DNA of 64,000 bases from Octopus sinensis (GCF_006345805.1 NC_042999.1:103664001-103728000); one strand, 5' to 3'; shown: positions 13,576 to 27,058, counted from the first letter of the stretch. The notes: generated by a model not told the origin, from the letters alone. Numbers and translations are program-made.

Positions 13576-14927
13576 GCCTTGCCAATGCATTAGTGATGCA
13601 ATGTTTTCTTTCGATTAATCACACTTCATATTTTCAGAAGTTGACCTTAATTCTAGTCGTGAGTATTAAGCATAGTGCAATGGTCAGTTTAGAATTGATG
13701 GGAAGATTTACATTGATTTATTTTACATCTAATTTATATACTAGTGATAGTTTCAGAAGGAGTAACTGCGAGTGAAAGAAAATTTGATTTTTTGATCATT
13801 GAAATGTTAGGCAGGATTAAGTATATGTGGTGGTGGAAAATGATAATGTTGAAAAATTATGAGTATTATTGCTTCTCATTTTCAGTAAGTATGGGAAACA
13901 TCTACGGACATGTTTTAGCGATGTGGGGTGTTTTTAACTGATGTATCATACTCCTGTAACATATTTGAGTACTCGTGAAAGAATCACTAAATAATAATAC
14001 AGAGATATATATCTGCTGGTGTTTGGAAAGAGAATTGTTTAAAACTGAAAAACTTATGTATTTATGCGACACTATCCGCATCATGTATAATAATAAAGTG
14101 GGTAAGAGCCTGCTTACTGCTTCGGACATTAAAACTATAAAGCAAAATCAAATATGCGACGAGATGAATAAGTTTGACAGGTATTTTTTTTTTCGTAGTA
14201 CGTGCGACAATTCTTGAACATGTTTTAGCTATTTTGGACCTCCTCGACCGAGAGATAAAAGAAGTTAGAACATGATCAAAATTAGGTTCAAATGAAAAAT
14301 GATATTAGGAAATTACTAATAATATTTTTTCATATTTTCGCTATCCTGGATATTCTCAGTTGACTTATAAAAGAAAAACTCAAGTAGAATCAATTAAGTG
14401 GGAAGTAAAAAAAATAATACTTACTCATTTACTAATAATTTTTTTATAGCTTTGGGACAATTCTGGGCTGGTTTCAACATTTTTTTAAACCTCAGATGAT
14501 ATATTTTAAAAAACAAGAATGCCGAATAAGTATTTCTTGAGCAAAAATTGCTAGATGTTTGCTAATTACATTTTTATAGTCTAAAGATAATTCTCAACAT
14601 GTTTCAAAACATGTTTCAAAACATGTTTTATAACCTGAGCTGATATATTAAAAAATCAAAAGTAGGAACAAATATCTGGGGACCATACTACGTGACATAG
14701 TACCGGGCACATTTTAGTAATTCTCGGCAGCCTTAGCTGAAATATAAATAAACTGAGCGGTGTGGAAAACAAAACGCGTCCAAAATTCATATTCTTTCAT
14801 TTGTATGTATCAAATAGAGAAGGCAGTCCTAGACGGTATACCAAGCATTAGAATTATGCATTACCTAACGTTATCAGTCACAGAGTATATTGTAAATTTA
14901 ATACTTTTCACTTTCCTATCTTTTCAG

Positions 14928-15037
14928 TCTTGGAAAGATGAAAAACTAATCTGGGATCCAGCTGATTACAACAATTTATCAGTATTGCGTATTCCGTGCA
15001 ATAAATTATGGCTTCCCGATATTGTTCTTTATAACAG
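14928..15037 (+). CDS. nAChR alpha subunit exon (110 nt): [36 protein letters not shown](S), loop A
   Basis: Pyrimidine tract ending ttttcAG at 14927 and GTAAGT donor at 15038. Cys-loop receptor motif WLPDIVLYN. Ends in phase 2, matching the next exon. Confidence 0.95.
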
Positions 15038-15238
15038 GTAAGTGCTTATTTCATTTTACTTGAAACAAGTTTTATGATTGCTAATATATAGTTTCTTTCT
15101 TCATCTTTTGTGCAGAAAACGGAATTAAGGAAATATGGGTATGAACATGCATACATGCATATGTATGTGTGCATGTGTGTGAGTGTATGCCTACATACAT
15201 ACATACATACATACATAAATGCTAAGCCTAAGCGAAAT

Positions 15239-15318
<80 letters not shown>

Positions 15319-15319
15319 T

Positions 15320-16490
15320 AGTAAAAAGTGAAAAAACTACAGAAGGCTTGTTTTAAAAGGTTAAAAAATATATATTTGAGTTAATATGTCTGAAGAATTT
15401 TATGAATTTTTTTCTTACAATGACATAGTTTAGAAGAAAGACCGGTTTCGCGTTTAGCTTTTCAAATTTCTTACGTCGTTATGTTTATGTTGAAAAGAGT
15501 TCTAAATAAGGGGAGGTAATGAGTGATTTCTTCCGGTGTAAGGGAGATAATCGCTTAAAATTTTTTGCCTTTCCCTTGGTGTGAATTTCTCTGTATCAGT
15601 ATGTTGGTATGGTTAAGTCTGGGCTTGTACTTTTCGATGAAGAATGTTTCCTTGTTTAGTCTAATTTGTGTTTATGATCCGATAGCACATTGGTAAAATG
15701 GAAAGATTAAAAATTGTGGTAGTAGTTGCTTTGCGCATTTCTCAATGTGCTCACTAAAAGGTATCATTCTGTATTCTGGGAATGCAATCTGTTGTCGATG
15801 CAGTGTGCATCTACGTCTGAGTGATAGTCCCGTGGATCCCACGTAGTCTTGGTGGCAGCCCGAGCAATTTAATAAAAAAAAAAATTTGTTTTCAGAGGCA
15901 CAAGTAAAGTTAGATTTGATCTTGAATTTCTGTCCCTCTTTGAAGAGGAATTCTGATCCTTCTAGCAGGTTTGGACATGTTGCACAGTTCGATCTACCAC
16001 ATTTTTTTACTTTTGCATCCGTAATTTCAGAACACAATTTTGCCTTTGTGAGAATCTTTTTAAGTGATTTAGGTTGTTTGTAGCTTTTAATGATTTGGTG
16101 TATGTTTAGAATTTCCTTTAATTTGGGGTCCTTATGAAGTATTGGTAAATTCTGGGTGATGATGGTGAAGGCTTCTTTGTTTCTGGGGTTGTATGTAGAT
16201 ATGTAAGGTAGTATTTTCGGGGAAGGTGTGTTGTTGTGTTGAACTTTTCTTAAAGTTTCTATGTTGATTTCTGTTGCACGTCTGATCCCATCCTCTATGA
16301 GTTGAGCTGGGTAATGTCAGTCAATTAGGGTGTTTTTGAGTTCTTGCAGTCTAAAGTTCCTGGTATTTTGTTCTGACACTATTGTGCATATCCTTCTTGC
16401 AAGGTTGAAGGGGATGTTTGTTTTAGTGTGTCTTGGGTGGCATGAATTAAAAAGAAGGTATTGTTTGGCGTCTGTGGCTTTGTAAAAAAT
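15320..16490 (-). mobile_element. Penelope-like element, 5'-truncated (thumb remnant, C-x4-C-x2-C linker, GIY-YIG, pLTR)
   Basis: ORF 15672-16037 KKCGRSNCATC...NFTCASEN...DYVGSTGLSLRRR. Related to the 42570-45600 element. Confidence 0.85.
15434..15472 (-). ncRNA. Minimal hammerhead ribozyme motif, U3-A8 variant
   Basis: aagaaa-t-TTGAAAA-GC-taaac-GC-GAAA-C-cg-GTC-tttctt. Palindromic stem III ACCGGT. One extra U between stem I and the core. Confidence 0.65.
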
Positions 16491-16607
16491 GTCTGTTTCT
16501 ATTTTAAGGTTAATTTTTTTAATTATATGTATATATATAATATATATATATATATAATATGTATATATATATATATATATTTAATTATATATATATATAT
16601 ATATATA

Positions 16608-16648
<41 letters not shown>

Positions 16649-16735
16649 GTGAGAGACAGAGAAAGAAAAAGTGAGGGGAGAGGGGTGAGAGAGGGAAAGA
16701 GGGGAGACACTTTCAATCCTTCACCATCTATTTAG

Positions 16736-18558
16736 CAGGGGTGGGCAATTTACGGCCCTCCGGTTACATGTGGCCCGCCACAGAATTTTCTGTGGCCCGC
16801 GGGATTATTCATCAAAAAATGTTTCCACGTCTAAAATTTTCGTAAACTGATCACGATAAACTGCTATTGCCAAGGCTAACTTGAACCGAGACTTGCTTCC
16901 TTTGTGTCACAGAAAATTAACCCTGTGTTTTAATAGGCGGATACCTACTGCGCATGCACCCGTTCATACGCATGCGCAGTCCCTTCATACGCAACATTTT
17001 TCTCTTTGCAACTGTAAGATCTGTGACGTTCTGACCAGAGAAAACATGGGCCCTCCTAATAAGCGTAAAATCGAAAAAGAATGCAGTGCATTCAATGAAG
17101 ACAGGACACACGAATATTTGTTCAGTAATTCAGGGAATAAGGCAGTGTGTTTACTGTGTCACGAAACGGTTGCCGTATTCAAGGAGTATAATTTTAAACG
17201 ACACCACCAAACAAAACATGGCGTGTGAGGTAGCGAAATGTCCAAGGAAGAACGCAGGAAAAAGCAACATACCGTAATTACGAAGCAATTGACACTTCGG
17301 GATAGTGCTAGAGAAAAGCAAGCTTCAACGTAGCATACAACCTCGCTAAAAATAACAAGCCAATTTCTGATGGCGAGTTTGTTAAGTTGTGCTTGGTAGA
17401 TTTCATGCAATTGAAAAAACCGCATAATTCATGGGATGACACAATATTTTGCATCAGGAAAGCCTCTATAAAGCTACACTGGACCTAGAGCATGTGGTGA
17501 ATCCTGTAGTGAGCGTGGTGAACACAATCAGAGCAAGGGCGCTCTACCATAGGCAATTTAAATCTCTGTTTGAGGATATGGATCGAGAGTATGGAGATGT
17601 GATTTACCACAACAGTGTTCGGTGGTTGAGCCAGGGCTAAATGCTTTCATGTAATTTTGTGGCCAAAATGGGATGTCAGAAATGGAGATATGAGATGATG
17701 TTTACAGCTGATATGTTTGAGAAATTAAATGAATTGAATGTGACATTCAAGGGATTGTATGTTTAGGCTTGTGAGATCATTCAAAATAAAACTCGGTCTA
17801 TTTGAAAAGCAAACAAGTGAGATTAAGTTTTGTCATTTCCCTTTATTAAGAAAACAAAAAGTGCCTGCAACTATTTCTTCCAAGATTATGAATTATTGCT
17901 GAGTTTGGAGGATGCGGTCACAAGATTTCAGGGTTTAAGTCAATTGAGCCTGATTTAAATCTGTTATCCTATCCTTTCGCTGCTTATATTGTATTGATAC
18001 AGTACCTGAGGAGGTGCAGCTTGAAGAATTAATAGCCATGCACTCAGATCACACGCTGAAAGAAATGTTTAATTCTATGACATTGATAGAATTTTACAAA
18101 TCTCAATCTACTGACAATTTTCCATGCGCGAAGAAATTTGCTAGGAACATGTTTTCTGTTTTTGGATCCACATATATTTGTAAACAAATCTTTCCTTGTA
18201 TGAAAATCAGCAAGAGTAAAAATGGATCCTCTGTGACTGACATAAACTTGCAGGCAGTAATGAGGATCTCAACAAGTAACTTCACACCTGAAGTTTCAAA
18301 AAGAATTGTAAATAAGTGTGACAGGTTACATTTGTCACATTAAATTACTTGTGCTGACTGATGTGTAATTTGCACATAAATGAATTTAATGAAACCTTTT
18401 CTGTGTACCACTATTGTTTTGGTTTGAATTGTTTATTACTATGATGTAATTTACACTTCACATTTAATGAAATGTAATGCTAACTAATGAATACGATCAA
18501 TTATAGAAGGTGCGGCCCTTCAAAGAGGCCCCCAAGCCAAAACAGTTGCCCACCCTTG
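16736..18558 (+). mobile_element. hAT transposon, Charlie/SPIN/Buster-like, internally deleted and pseudogenised
   Basis: TIRs CAGGGGTGGGCAA (16736) and TTGCCCACCCTTG (18546-18558). Zn-finger AVCLLCHETVAVFKEYNFKRHHQTKH, HQESL, RWLS and C-terminal FGSTYIC. Flanks ctatttag/atgtacag match only 4/8. Confidence 0.88.
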
Positions 18559-18825
18559 ATGTACAGAAATCTCCGCTGAACAAGTCACATTGCAAGACTT
18601 GGTGATGATAGACTCATTAAGAAAATCCCGTTCTTGCAAATAGCGGATGGCTATCCAAACGTTGGTAGACCCAAATGGAAAATCGAGGGAACTGTTAAGC
18701 GAAACCTAAAAGATATATCTATCCTCACTGTCAGGTTGTACCAGGGAACTAGCGATCGCTGTATCTGAAGAAATTTTATGTATAAAATTACTCATTGTTG
18801 TTGATGACGGACTAGATACATAAAT

Positions 18826-19110
18826 ATTGGGTCACCTCATAAATAATGCGGTTTTTTTCAATTGCATGGAGAGGGATGAGATAAACTACCTGCATCAACT
18901 TGCTATAAAAGCAGGTAGTAACAGTGAACATGGATATAGTCCGGGAGCCAAGAATGCCGGAGGTTTCGTCTGGAATTTTTTGTTCTCAAAGTCGTCGTGG
19001 TACATAAGTCGACCTCCCTCTTTAAATTTGCACCTACTTCTCTTTAAATTTTGCTGTGAAAATTTCGAAAAGTATCCTGGAAAATACGATAGATGTTTGC
19101 ATTGAACTTA
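18826..19110. mobile_element. Short mariner-like remnant
   Basis: Starts with a mariner-type terminus tattgggtcacctcataaataatgcgg. No intact ORF and the second TIR was not found. Confidence 0.4.
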
Positions 19111-19149
19111 ACAGTTTTTTATTTATTTTAGTTTATTTGGTTAGAAGTC

Positions 19150-19620
19150 GATAATATTTGTGAGAAGTTATCATTTGTAGAGCAGGTGATTTTCACGTTT
19201 TTATGTAGTTGTTTTTATTATTTGTGATTGGGTATGAAGTATTTTTGCAAAAGATGAGATAATTTTCTAGTTACAGAGATTTTATTTATAACTTATACAA
19301 CAGATTATTCTATTATATTTATTTTATTTCTCTTTCTGAGTTGAGAATGGAGTATAGTGGTTTGTGATGTTTGATTTCTTGAGGGTAAACCGTAACTTTT
19401 AATGATGTGAATGTTTCGTCAGAAGATAATCGAGAGATTCTGATTGATATTTTAAGGACTAGACTATTTGCAATTTTCACCGAGTGGTTAGTGTATTTAT
19501 GAATGTAGTCTCTTTCTCGATTGATTTTCTGTATGTTGAGTTACCCTGGATTGATGTGATGTCCAAAACGTTAATTGCTTTTGGCAGGTTTTAACAGTAA
19601 CTTTAAAACCAAAAACTTTG
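19150..19620 (-). mobile_element. Degenerate Penelope RT thumb fragment
   Basis: Minus-strand pieces NVLDITS, STYRK and VKIANSLVLKISIRISRLSSDETF. Confidence 0.6.
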
Positions 19621-19957
19621 TAAAAGTTGAGGAATTCTTTTATAGGTTGCTTTTTATTATAGTTTCTAAAGACAATAAGACTATCATCTTGTAAAATTCT
19701 CCTGATTATGGGAAAATTAGTGATTTGATAAATTTAAAACGTATAAGCCTATATAGCAGTTTACTTCTGCAGACGCTTCTGCAACCATACCAACATCGAA
19801 GTATTTAGTCTTTTGCCTTTTTAACCACGGCTATCTATTGAAGATAATGTAGATTTTCTTGTTCGCAAGATAGTTTCAATATTCAGTTGTTTCAAGTGTG
19901 ATATAGTTTCACATCGTTAATTACATCATTTATTATTACCAATGTAATAATATACAG

Positions 19958-20170
19958 CAAGCTGGCATAACCATTTGCAATGCGAGGCAGAATGCATAGC
20001 GGCTTTTCTTAACTCTGTACGTTTTGAGGTCAAATTTCGCCAAAAGTTGACTTCGACTTTCACCCTATCAAAGTAGATCAAATAACTACCAATTGATCAC
20101 TGGGATCGATGTAATCGACTTAACTCCTCCCCAGAATTGCTGGCCTTATGCCAAAATTTGAAACCCAATA
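19958..20170 (+). mobile_element. tRNA-derived SINE (second family)
   Basis: gctggca...ttgaggtcaaatttcgcc...gatcgatgtaatcgactt. Homologous to 48840-49000 and 53685-53850. Confidence 0.65.
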
Positions 20171-20618
20171 TTACCTTGGTATTTGGAGGACAACAATCTC
20201 AAACATTGAACTGTAAACTGTAATTATCCGTTTCATTTTAGATAACCATCAACCATTCGATTATGGAAAATGTGTTATTCCAAAATAGTAATAGCGGGGG
20301 TGGGGTTGCTTTTTAATTTTGGAATTGAAGGAATGTATGAACTAACGGTCATAAAATCAGTTTAATTAGTTTTGTGGTTGGATGATGAGAAAATGTTTAA
20401 TATTATTTAAGCTTCTTCTGAGTGCAAAATATCTATTCTGTCTTTGATGTTAAAGTGGCTATAGTTTTAGTGAACGCATTAATTATGCTCTGTGTGTCAA
20501 AATAAATATTTTAAGTAATTAAGATCGCATTATGTTTCAGTCAGTGTAAAATATACATTTTACTTAATTATTCTTCGTTTTGTCTAATTTAACACAGAAA
20601 GTACAGTTGTCCATTATA

Positions 20619-21911
20619 CGAGGGGCGTTCAATAAGTAATGCTCCTGACCCACTTCCCATTGCAGTAGAGCAACGAAACTTGGTACAGTTATTAGTCTTT
20701 TTCTACATAGGAACCAAACAGAGTTACGCATTTCTCCCATCGTTTGATGCAGCTCTGGAGACCGTTTTTGTAGAAGACCCAAGCTTGGTCCTCCAACCAC
20801 GACGTGACTTCAGAAATCAAGGCTGCATCATCTGGGAAACGCTTTCCTTTCAAAAACAACTTAATGGCTGGGAAGAGGTGAAAATCAGAGGGTGCAAGGT
20901 CAGGAAAGTAAGGGGGATGGGGGAGGAGTTCATAGCCACACGCCTGTGCTTCTGATCTGGCGACACGCGAGTTGTGGACCGGAGCGTTGTCCTGCAGGAG
21001 GAGGATGCCTTTTCTGATCTTGCCCCGCCTCTTGATTTTGATAGCTTCTCTTAATTTCCTCAAAAGTGAAGCATAATAGGCTCCTGTAATTGTGGTACCC
21101 TTTGCCAGGAAATCTGTCATCACTACTCCGTCCTGGTCCCAGAAGACTGTGAGCATGACCTTGCCAGCGGAGGGCTACACCCTTGCCTTCTTTGGAGGAG
21201 GTGAGTCACGGTGCTTCCACTGCACTGACTGGGCTTTGGTCTCTGGATCATAGTGATGGACCCAGGTTTCATCCTGTGTAATCAGTCTTTTGAAAAATTT
21301 TGACTCATCTTCTTGGCACATCTCCAAATTCATCCTCGAGCACTTGACGCGTTCTTGCTTCTGGAAAGGTGTGAGCAACCTGGGAATCCATCTGGCAGAC
21401 ACCTTTTGCATATGCAAATGGTCATGAATGATAGTTTCCACAGACCCGGTACTAATCTTGACCTGATGGGCTATTTGGCGAATTGTTATGCGTCGATCTT
21501 CCAAAATGGCAGCTTCAACTTGACGGACAGATGCCTCATCAATGGCAGAAGCGGGGTGACCAGATCTGGGAGCTGTTTCCACAGAGTTCCGACCATGTTT
21601 GAATTCACGATGCCAGCGTTTTGCAAGGTCATATGATGGGGCATCATCACCATAAGTTACTTTCATTTCATCAAAAGTCTCCCGTGGTGTGCGTCCTTTC
21701 AAATACAAAAACCGGATCACTGCTCGACATTCAACAGGCTCCATTTCACACTTGACTCAGTTCAAACACCTGTAAATCAGAAACCACAATCAGTTCAGAG
21801 TTGTAATTTGCCGCTTAATCGATGAAGATATAAATAATTGCACATGCAACATTTCAGCTAGATCAAACAACTGCAAGTGGGTCAGGGGGATTACTTATTG
21901 AACGTCCCTCG
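20619..21911 (-). mobile_element. Full-length mariner DNA transposon (1293 bp, TA TSD, ~36-bp TIRs)
   Basis: TA-CGAGGGGCGTTCAATAAGTAAT... and ...ATTACTTATTGAACGTCCCTCG-TA. Confidence 0.95.
20692..21744 (-). pseudogene. DD34D mariner transposase with a single in-frame TAG (21175-21177)
   Basis: The two ORFs are in one frame. WIPRLL, TQDETW, QDNAPVH and YFPDLAPSD give D-x34-D. Copy 2 has CAG at the stop position. Confidence 0.92.
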
Positions 21912-22081
21912 TATGTAGTACATCAAGAAGCAGTGAGAAAAGGGTAGTTTGTTCCTGTTGAAATCTCAACTGAGAATATAACCAATGCCTCTGATTTGGC
22001 TTTTTACTTTTGTTTTTCCTACATTGAGATTGTATAAAAAAAGAGAGCTGCTTACGCATGTACAACGTATTTAATATATCC

Positions 22082-22127
<46 letters not shown>

Positions 22128-22134
22128 TATATAT

Positions 22135-22180
<46 letters not shown>

Positions 22181-22368
22181 TATATATAGATATATATATA
22201 TATTTATAATGGATGAATGAATTATCCTTTGTTTACCGCCGTTAACATGAAAAATTCAATAAACAGTTACCAGAGTAGTTTCTTTTAAATACTTAATAGC
22301 GTTCTGTTTATCATTTATGCAGTCATCAAAATTGTTATAATGTCTTGTTGTTGAGATAGGTTCTCTTT

Positions 22369-22451
22369 CTTTCCTGATGAGAAGATTGCATTTTACACCG
22401 TTTATTCCTTTGGAATAAAACTAATGCTATCTTCGAAACATATATCGAAAG
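22369..22451 (+). ncRNA. Type I hammerhead ribozyme motif with a C-A mismatch in stem III
   Basis: ctttc-CTGATGA-GAAGAT[...tttattcc-ttt-ggaataaa...]ATCTTC-GAAA-C-atat-ATC-gaaag. Stem I 5 bp. Stem II 6 bp plus extensions. Confidence 0.7.
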
Positions 22452-22499
22452 TAAAAGAATTTGAATAGCATCTGCGTTCAACTTCATCTATTTACATAG

Positions 22500-22805
22500 C
22501 GTTTCGGCAATAAGAAACCGATAGAATAAGTAACAGGCTTTAAAATTAAATACTGGGATCAACTTGTTTGACTAAACCTTGGTATACGGAAGCTGAAAGA
22601 GTCCACCGTATATACAATCGCTTGACAATCGGTGTTGGTGTTTTTATGTCCATGTAACTTAACGGTCCGGCAAAATTAATCGATAAAATAAGTACAAGTC
22701 TTAAAGAAAAATAGTACAGGAATCGATTCATTCGACTAAAATTTCTTCAAGGCGATGCCCCAGCATGGCCACAATCTAATGACTGAAACAAGTAAAAGAT
22801 AAAAA
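22500..22805 (+). mobile_element. SINE 3' half
   Basis: ccgatagaataagta...ccagcatggcc...aatgactgaaacaagtaaaaga, same family as 3583-3960. Confidence 0.7.
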
Positions 22806-22837
22806 ATATATGTATTTACGTAAGTATGTATGCATGT

Positions 22838-22918
<81 letters not shown>

Positions 22919-23405
22919 ATAAAGCTACCAAATTTCGACTCCTGCTCATTGAAACGCAATGTGTGTAAATGTGTATGTGCGTGTGAGTCTTTTATGCGAG
23001 TATATCAACCTGTACATTTTTTTTTTTAAATATCATTGTATTTTTCTGTATATGCTTGATTATATTAGACACGCAATGATATCGGTTAATGCATAATTCT
23101 AATATCATTAAAAACAAAGTAACTCACACAGAAAACTCAATATAATTAAATAGATCATAAGCAATACGTAAAATCTGAAAAGCGTATAAAAGTGTTAAAA
23201 TGAAGCTGACCTTGTCAATGCAGGGGACAAGCGAATTGTTGCTTGGTTGGATGGTTGCATGATTTAAGTGAATTTATAGACTATAGAGTGACTGCATTGA
23301 CAGAAAACGACCGAATTTGATAAGCACTTGTCGTGTATGTATGAATTTATGTATACATACACACATATATACATGCATATATACACATACATATATACAC
23401 ACAGC

Positions 23406-23436
<31 letters not shown>

Positions 23437-23663
23437 GTATATGTATATATATATATATACATGTATATATATATATATTTATGTATTTATATATATTTAT
23501 GTATTTATGTATATATGCATAAGTAACTACATATATACACTTAGATATATTTATGACTATGAGCGTATATGTGCATATATAATCACAGGTGTGTCTATAT
23601 ACATGTGTATACATATATAAGTGAATATATGTATGAATTAATGGATGCATGTGTATGAATGTG

Positions 23664-23695
<32 letters not shown>

Positions 23696-23771
23696 ATATG
23701 TATGTATATTTATACGTACATCTTTGTAAGTATCTATCTATCTCTTACTCTCTTTTTCTCTCTTTCTTTAC

Positions 23772-23824
<53 letters not shown>

Positions 23825-24728
23825 GTGTGTATCTATATGTATATATGTATGACTTTATATATAGATACATTTATGTATACATGTCTATACATATGTATGC
23901 ATTTGTGTTTGTACGTGTATTTGTGTGTGTGTATGTTTCTGCGTGTGACTGTGTGCGTGAGTGCGCGCACGCGTGTGTGTGTATGTATAAAAAGCTAAAA
24001 GCATTTACATCTTTTTGACTAATGCCGACTTTTTCGAGGAGTGTGAAAGCTCAAGTTTGGTGACAAATATCAGGCTCTTGTCATGAATCTTTACATATTT
24101 GACGTATTAGTTTCAAGGAAGTTTCCGAGAATGGATAGACAGTGCGTATATTTTATGCATCATCGAAAATTATTATAGGCGGACGCTAATGGGAAACTTG
24201 AAATGTACGAGAAAACAGACATAGAATAGAACAAAAAGGTTTTCAGAAAATTGAGTAATTGTTTTCTTGGTTTGGTTTTTGTAGCGGTTTTAGTGGGTTT
24301 TATTCTTCACGATTTCTTGTTAGTTGTTTCCTTTACTAGTCAAAGTTTATATGTACTAAATGTCACAAGCAACTATTTCTGTAATGTATATATATTACCT
24401 GAAGATCTGACAGTTATCCTTTCAATGTGTTCATAACAGTTTGACATTAGCCCTCTGGAGCAAGATATTTATATTCTTTTTAACACCATGGTTTTTTTTT
24501 TATTGAATCTCCTAATATATTTTCTTTATTATTATGCCTCACCTTATAACTTTAGAATATTAAGAACTGAACAGGAGTCATTAAAGAAGGAAAAAAGTAA
24601 TTTTGGGTCGGTATATTTAGCTAAATACGTACATGTGTGTATATATATACATGTTTGTGTGTGTGTGTGTGTGTATATATATATTTCTGTCAGTATACAC
24701 ATATATATATATGTGTGTGTGTATATAT

Positions 24729-24802
<74 letters not shown>

Positions 24803-24933
24803 AGTATATGTGTACATATATATAAGTGTATGTTTTTATTGAGAGGGAGAGAGAAAAGGAGGGAGAGAAACACTTATAATCCATTTCGTGAAAATCTAAG
24901 GAAGAACACGAGAACAATTTATAATATTTACTC

Positions 24934-25013
<80 letters not shown>

Positions 25014-25339
25014 CCTCTTAGTACAATTAATCACTGATGCATTATTACCACTTGCACAAGAGATTCAGCTCTGTTTTTCGGACGCGGTATCAGAGAAGTC
25101 GATACATTTGTGAAGGCGTAATCTGAATATTCTCCAGGCAACAATGGTATCTCATACAAGATTTACAAACAATACCTCGTCCTCAAAGGTGTTTATGTGT
25201 TTACTGCAGCGAGCGTATGAACTAGGGATCGTGACACAGGACGATTGATCGGCAGAAAGGTCTGCAACGGCCTAAGGCAGAGAGGGCATCATCAATCGAT
25301 TAGTTTTATTTGATATCACTTCTCAGTGTAGCATTGAAG

Positions 25340-25560
25340 TGATATCGAACAAAACTAGTGGCAGGAGTGCTGCTGAAATGGATGTCGGAAAATATTTCTA
25401 CACTCGACCATCGTGTTAAGATATACCATTTCTCTGCACCTATAGATTTGGCATTGAGAAGTGCAATAAACTTCTAGGAAAGAATGAAGATCGGAAGACA
25501 CTGGTATCCCTGCTGCGAACTTCTTTAGATGACATTACTGCCATACTGGAAACAAGGAGA
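25340..25560 (+). mobile_element. Highly degenerate RTE-like reverse transcriptase fragment
   Basis: LVAGVL, IDLALRSAI and LDDITA segments in the order expected for RT motifs. Frameshifted. Confidence 0.4.
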
Positions 25561-27058
25561 GAATAAGAAAAAAACATCAGATTTTCGGTTTGATGACTTA
25601 TTCTGCCAACGTTTACAGCATACCAAAGTTCTATCTATAAGGCAGTAAGGAATTCTGATCTGAAATTGAAAGAGAACCAATTTCTGCAGAAATAGGTAAT
25701 TAAGAGCAGCCTTGGCTCTATATATTAATATCTTAAGTGATTTCCAGAGAGAAATATACTTTAACTGTCACTGATATCTGCAGGTTGGCATGAAGTTTAA
25801 ATGAGTTGTTATGAATGTGGCCTTTCGGAACCTCTAGTGATATAACAAATAAAGAGAGAAAGGAAAAAATGAGCTAGCAGGTTCGTATATGAGGGGCTTG
25901 CAATTACGATCTGTTTTACAAAAATTGAGGATGTATAGTACCACTGCAAAACTCCAGCTGCCTTTAACATCATAAGTGAAGGAGTTTATAGTTGTTAAAG
26001 TTAAGTTGCCACGTTAAGTTATAGTTGTAAATCCAGTTGTTTATATAATGTGAGAATTACTGGAAATAAAAGAGGCTATATGTGAGGTGTAGAAAAAGGT
26101 GTTAAAATGGTGTTGAATAGAAATGAAGCAAATGAATATCACAGCAGAAACGGAGAAGTAAGCGAAATAATGTGACCGCAGAAATCCACCACATTGGAGA
26201 GGAAGTACGCGTGGCAAGTACTGTATCGTTAAAAAAACTTTGTGCATGGGTAGCATTGGAGACAGCAGAGGAAGGAATACTGTCGTGTATATTAGTGTGG
26301 AAATGTAGTCAGCTAGATTGAGATCTTTCCTGAAAGAGTTGTACGATATGCTTCCGTCCCCACTTAGCGGGGAAGAAAATAATTATGATCCTAGAACTCA
26401 ACAAAAGAAAAGGAGTAGAGAAAGCAAGACAAATTGTCTCCTGTTGCTATTTAGCTTAGTTCCGATTCGATCCTCATCGAGCAGTGTAGACCTGCGATCA
26501 AAGTCAATCCAGCCATGACCAATTATCGAATGTGCCCCTCTTTTAAGACACATTATCGAATGTTCCCTCTTATTGATTCAAGGGTTATTTGGCAGCAATT
26601 TCTAGTGTTTTGGGCAGGCCAAATGGAGGTTTCTTCATTGTTTCAAGGAATAACTTGTTTTAAAATTCATTGGTATAGTTTCCACTGAAATTTTTGCGGG
26701 TAAATTACTGCAGTGAGCATGAAGGAAGGAACGCACTACATGACCGGAAGTATATATGCTAATTCTTCTTCGGGGTGTGATGTTTTTAAAATATTATCAA
26801 TTTTCATTCATTAACTTGGTGCTCTCGGAAAGCTAACGAAACTGGTAATGATCTATGTCAGTAAAAATTAATCAACCGATATGCCTAAGTTTATTTGCTG
26901 TGGTGAAAGAATAAATTAAACCTCCGGCCCTAGCTCTTCATTTCAGACTGATGAAAATAGAAAAAGCCGATTGTATCGCTAGGAAGAATGTAAACTGTTT
27001 ATTTATTGTTTAAATCAATTTATAAAAATTTCACTTATTTGTTTTCTATTTATTCTAG

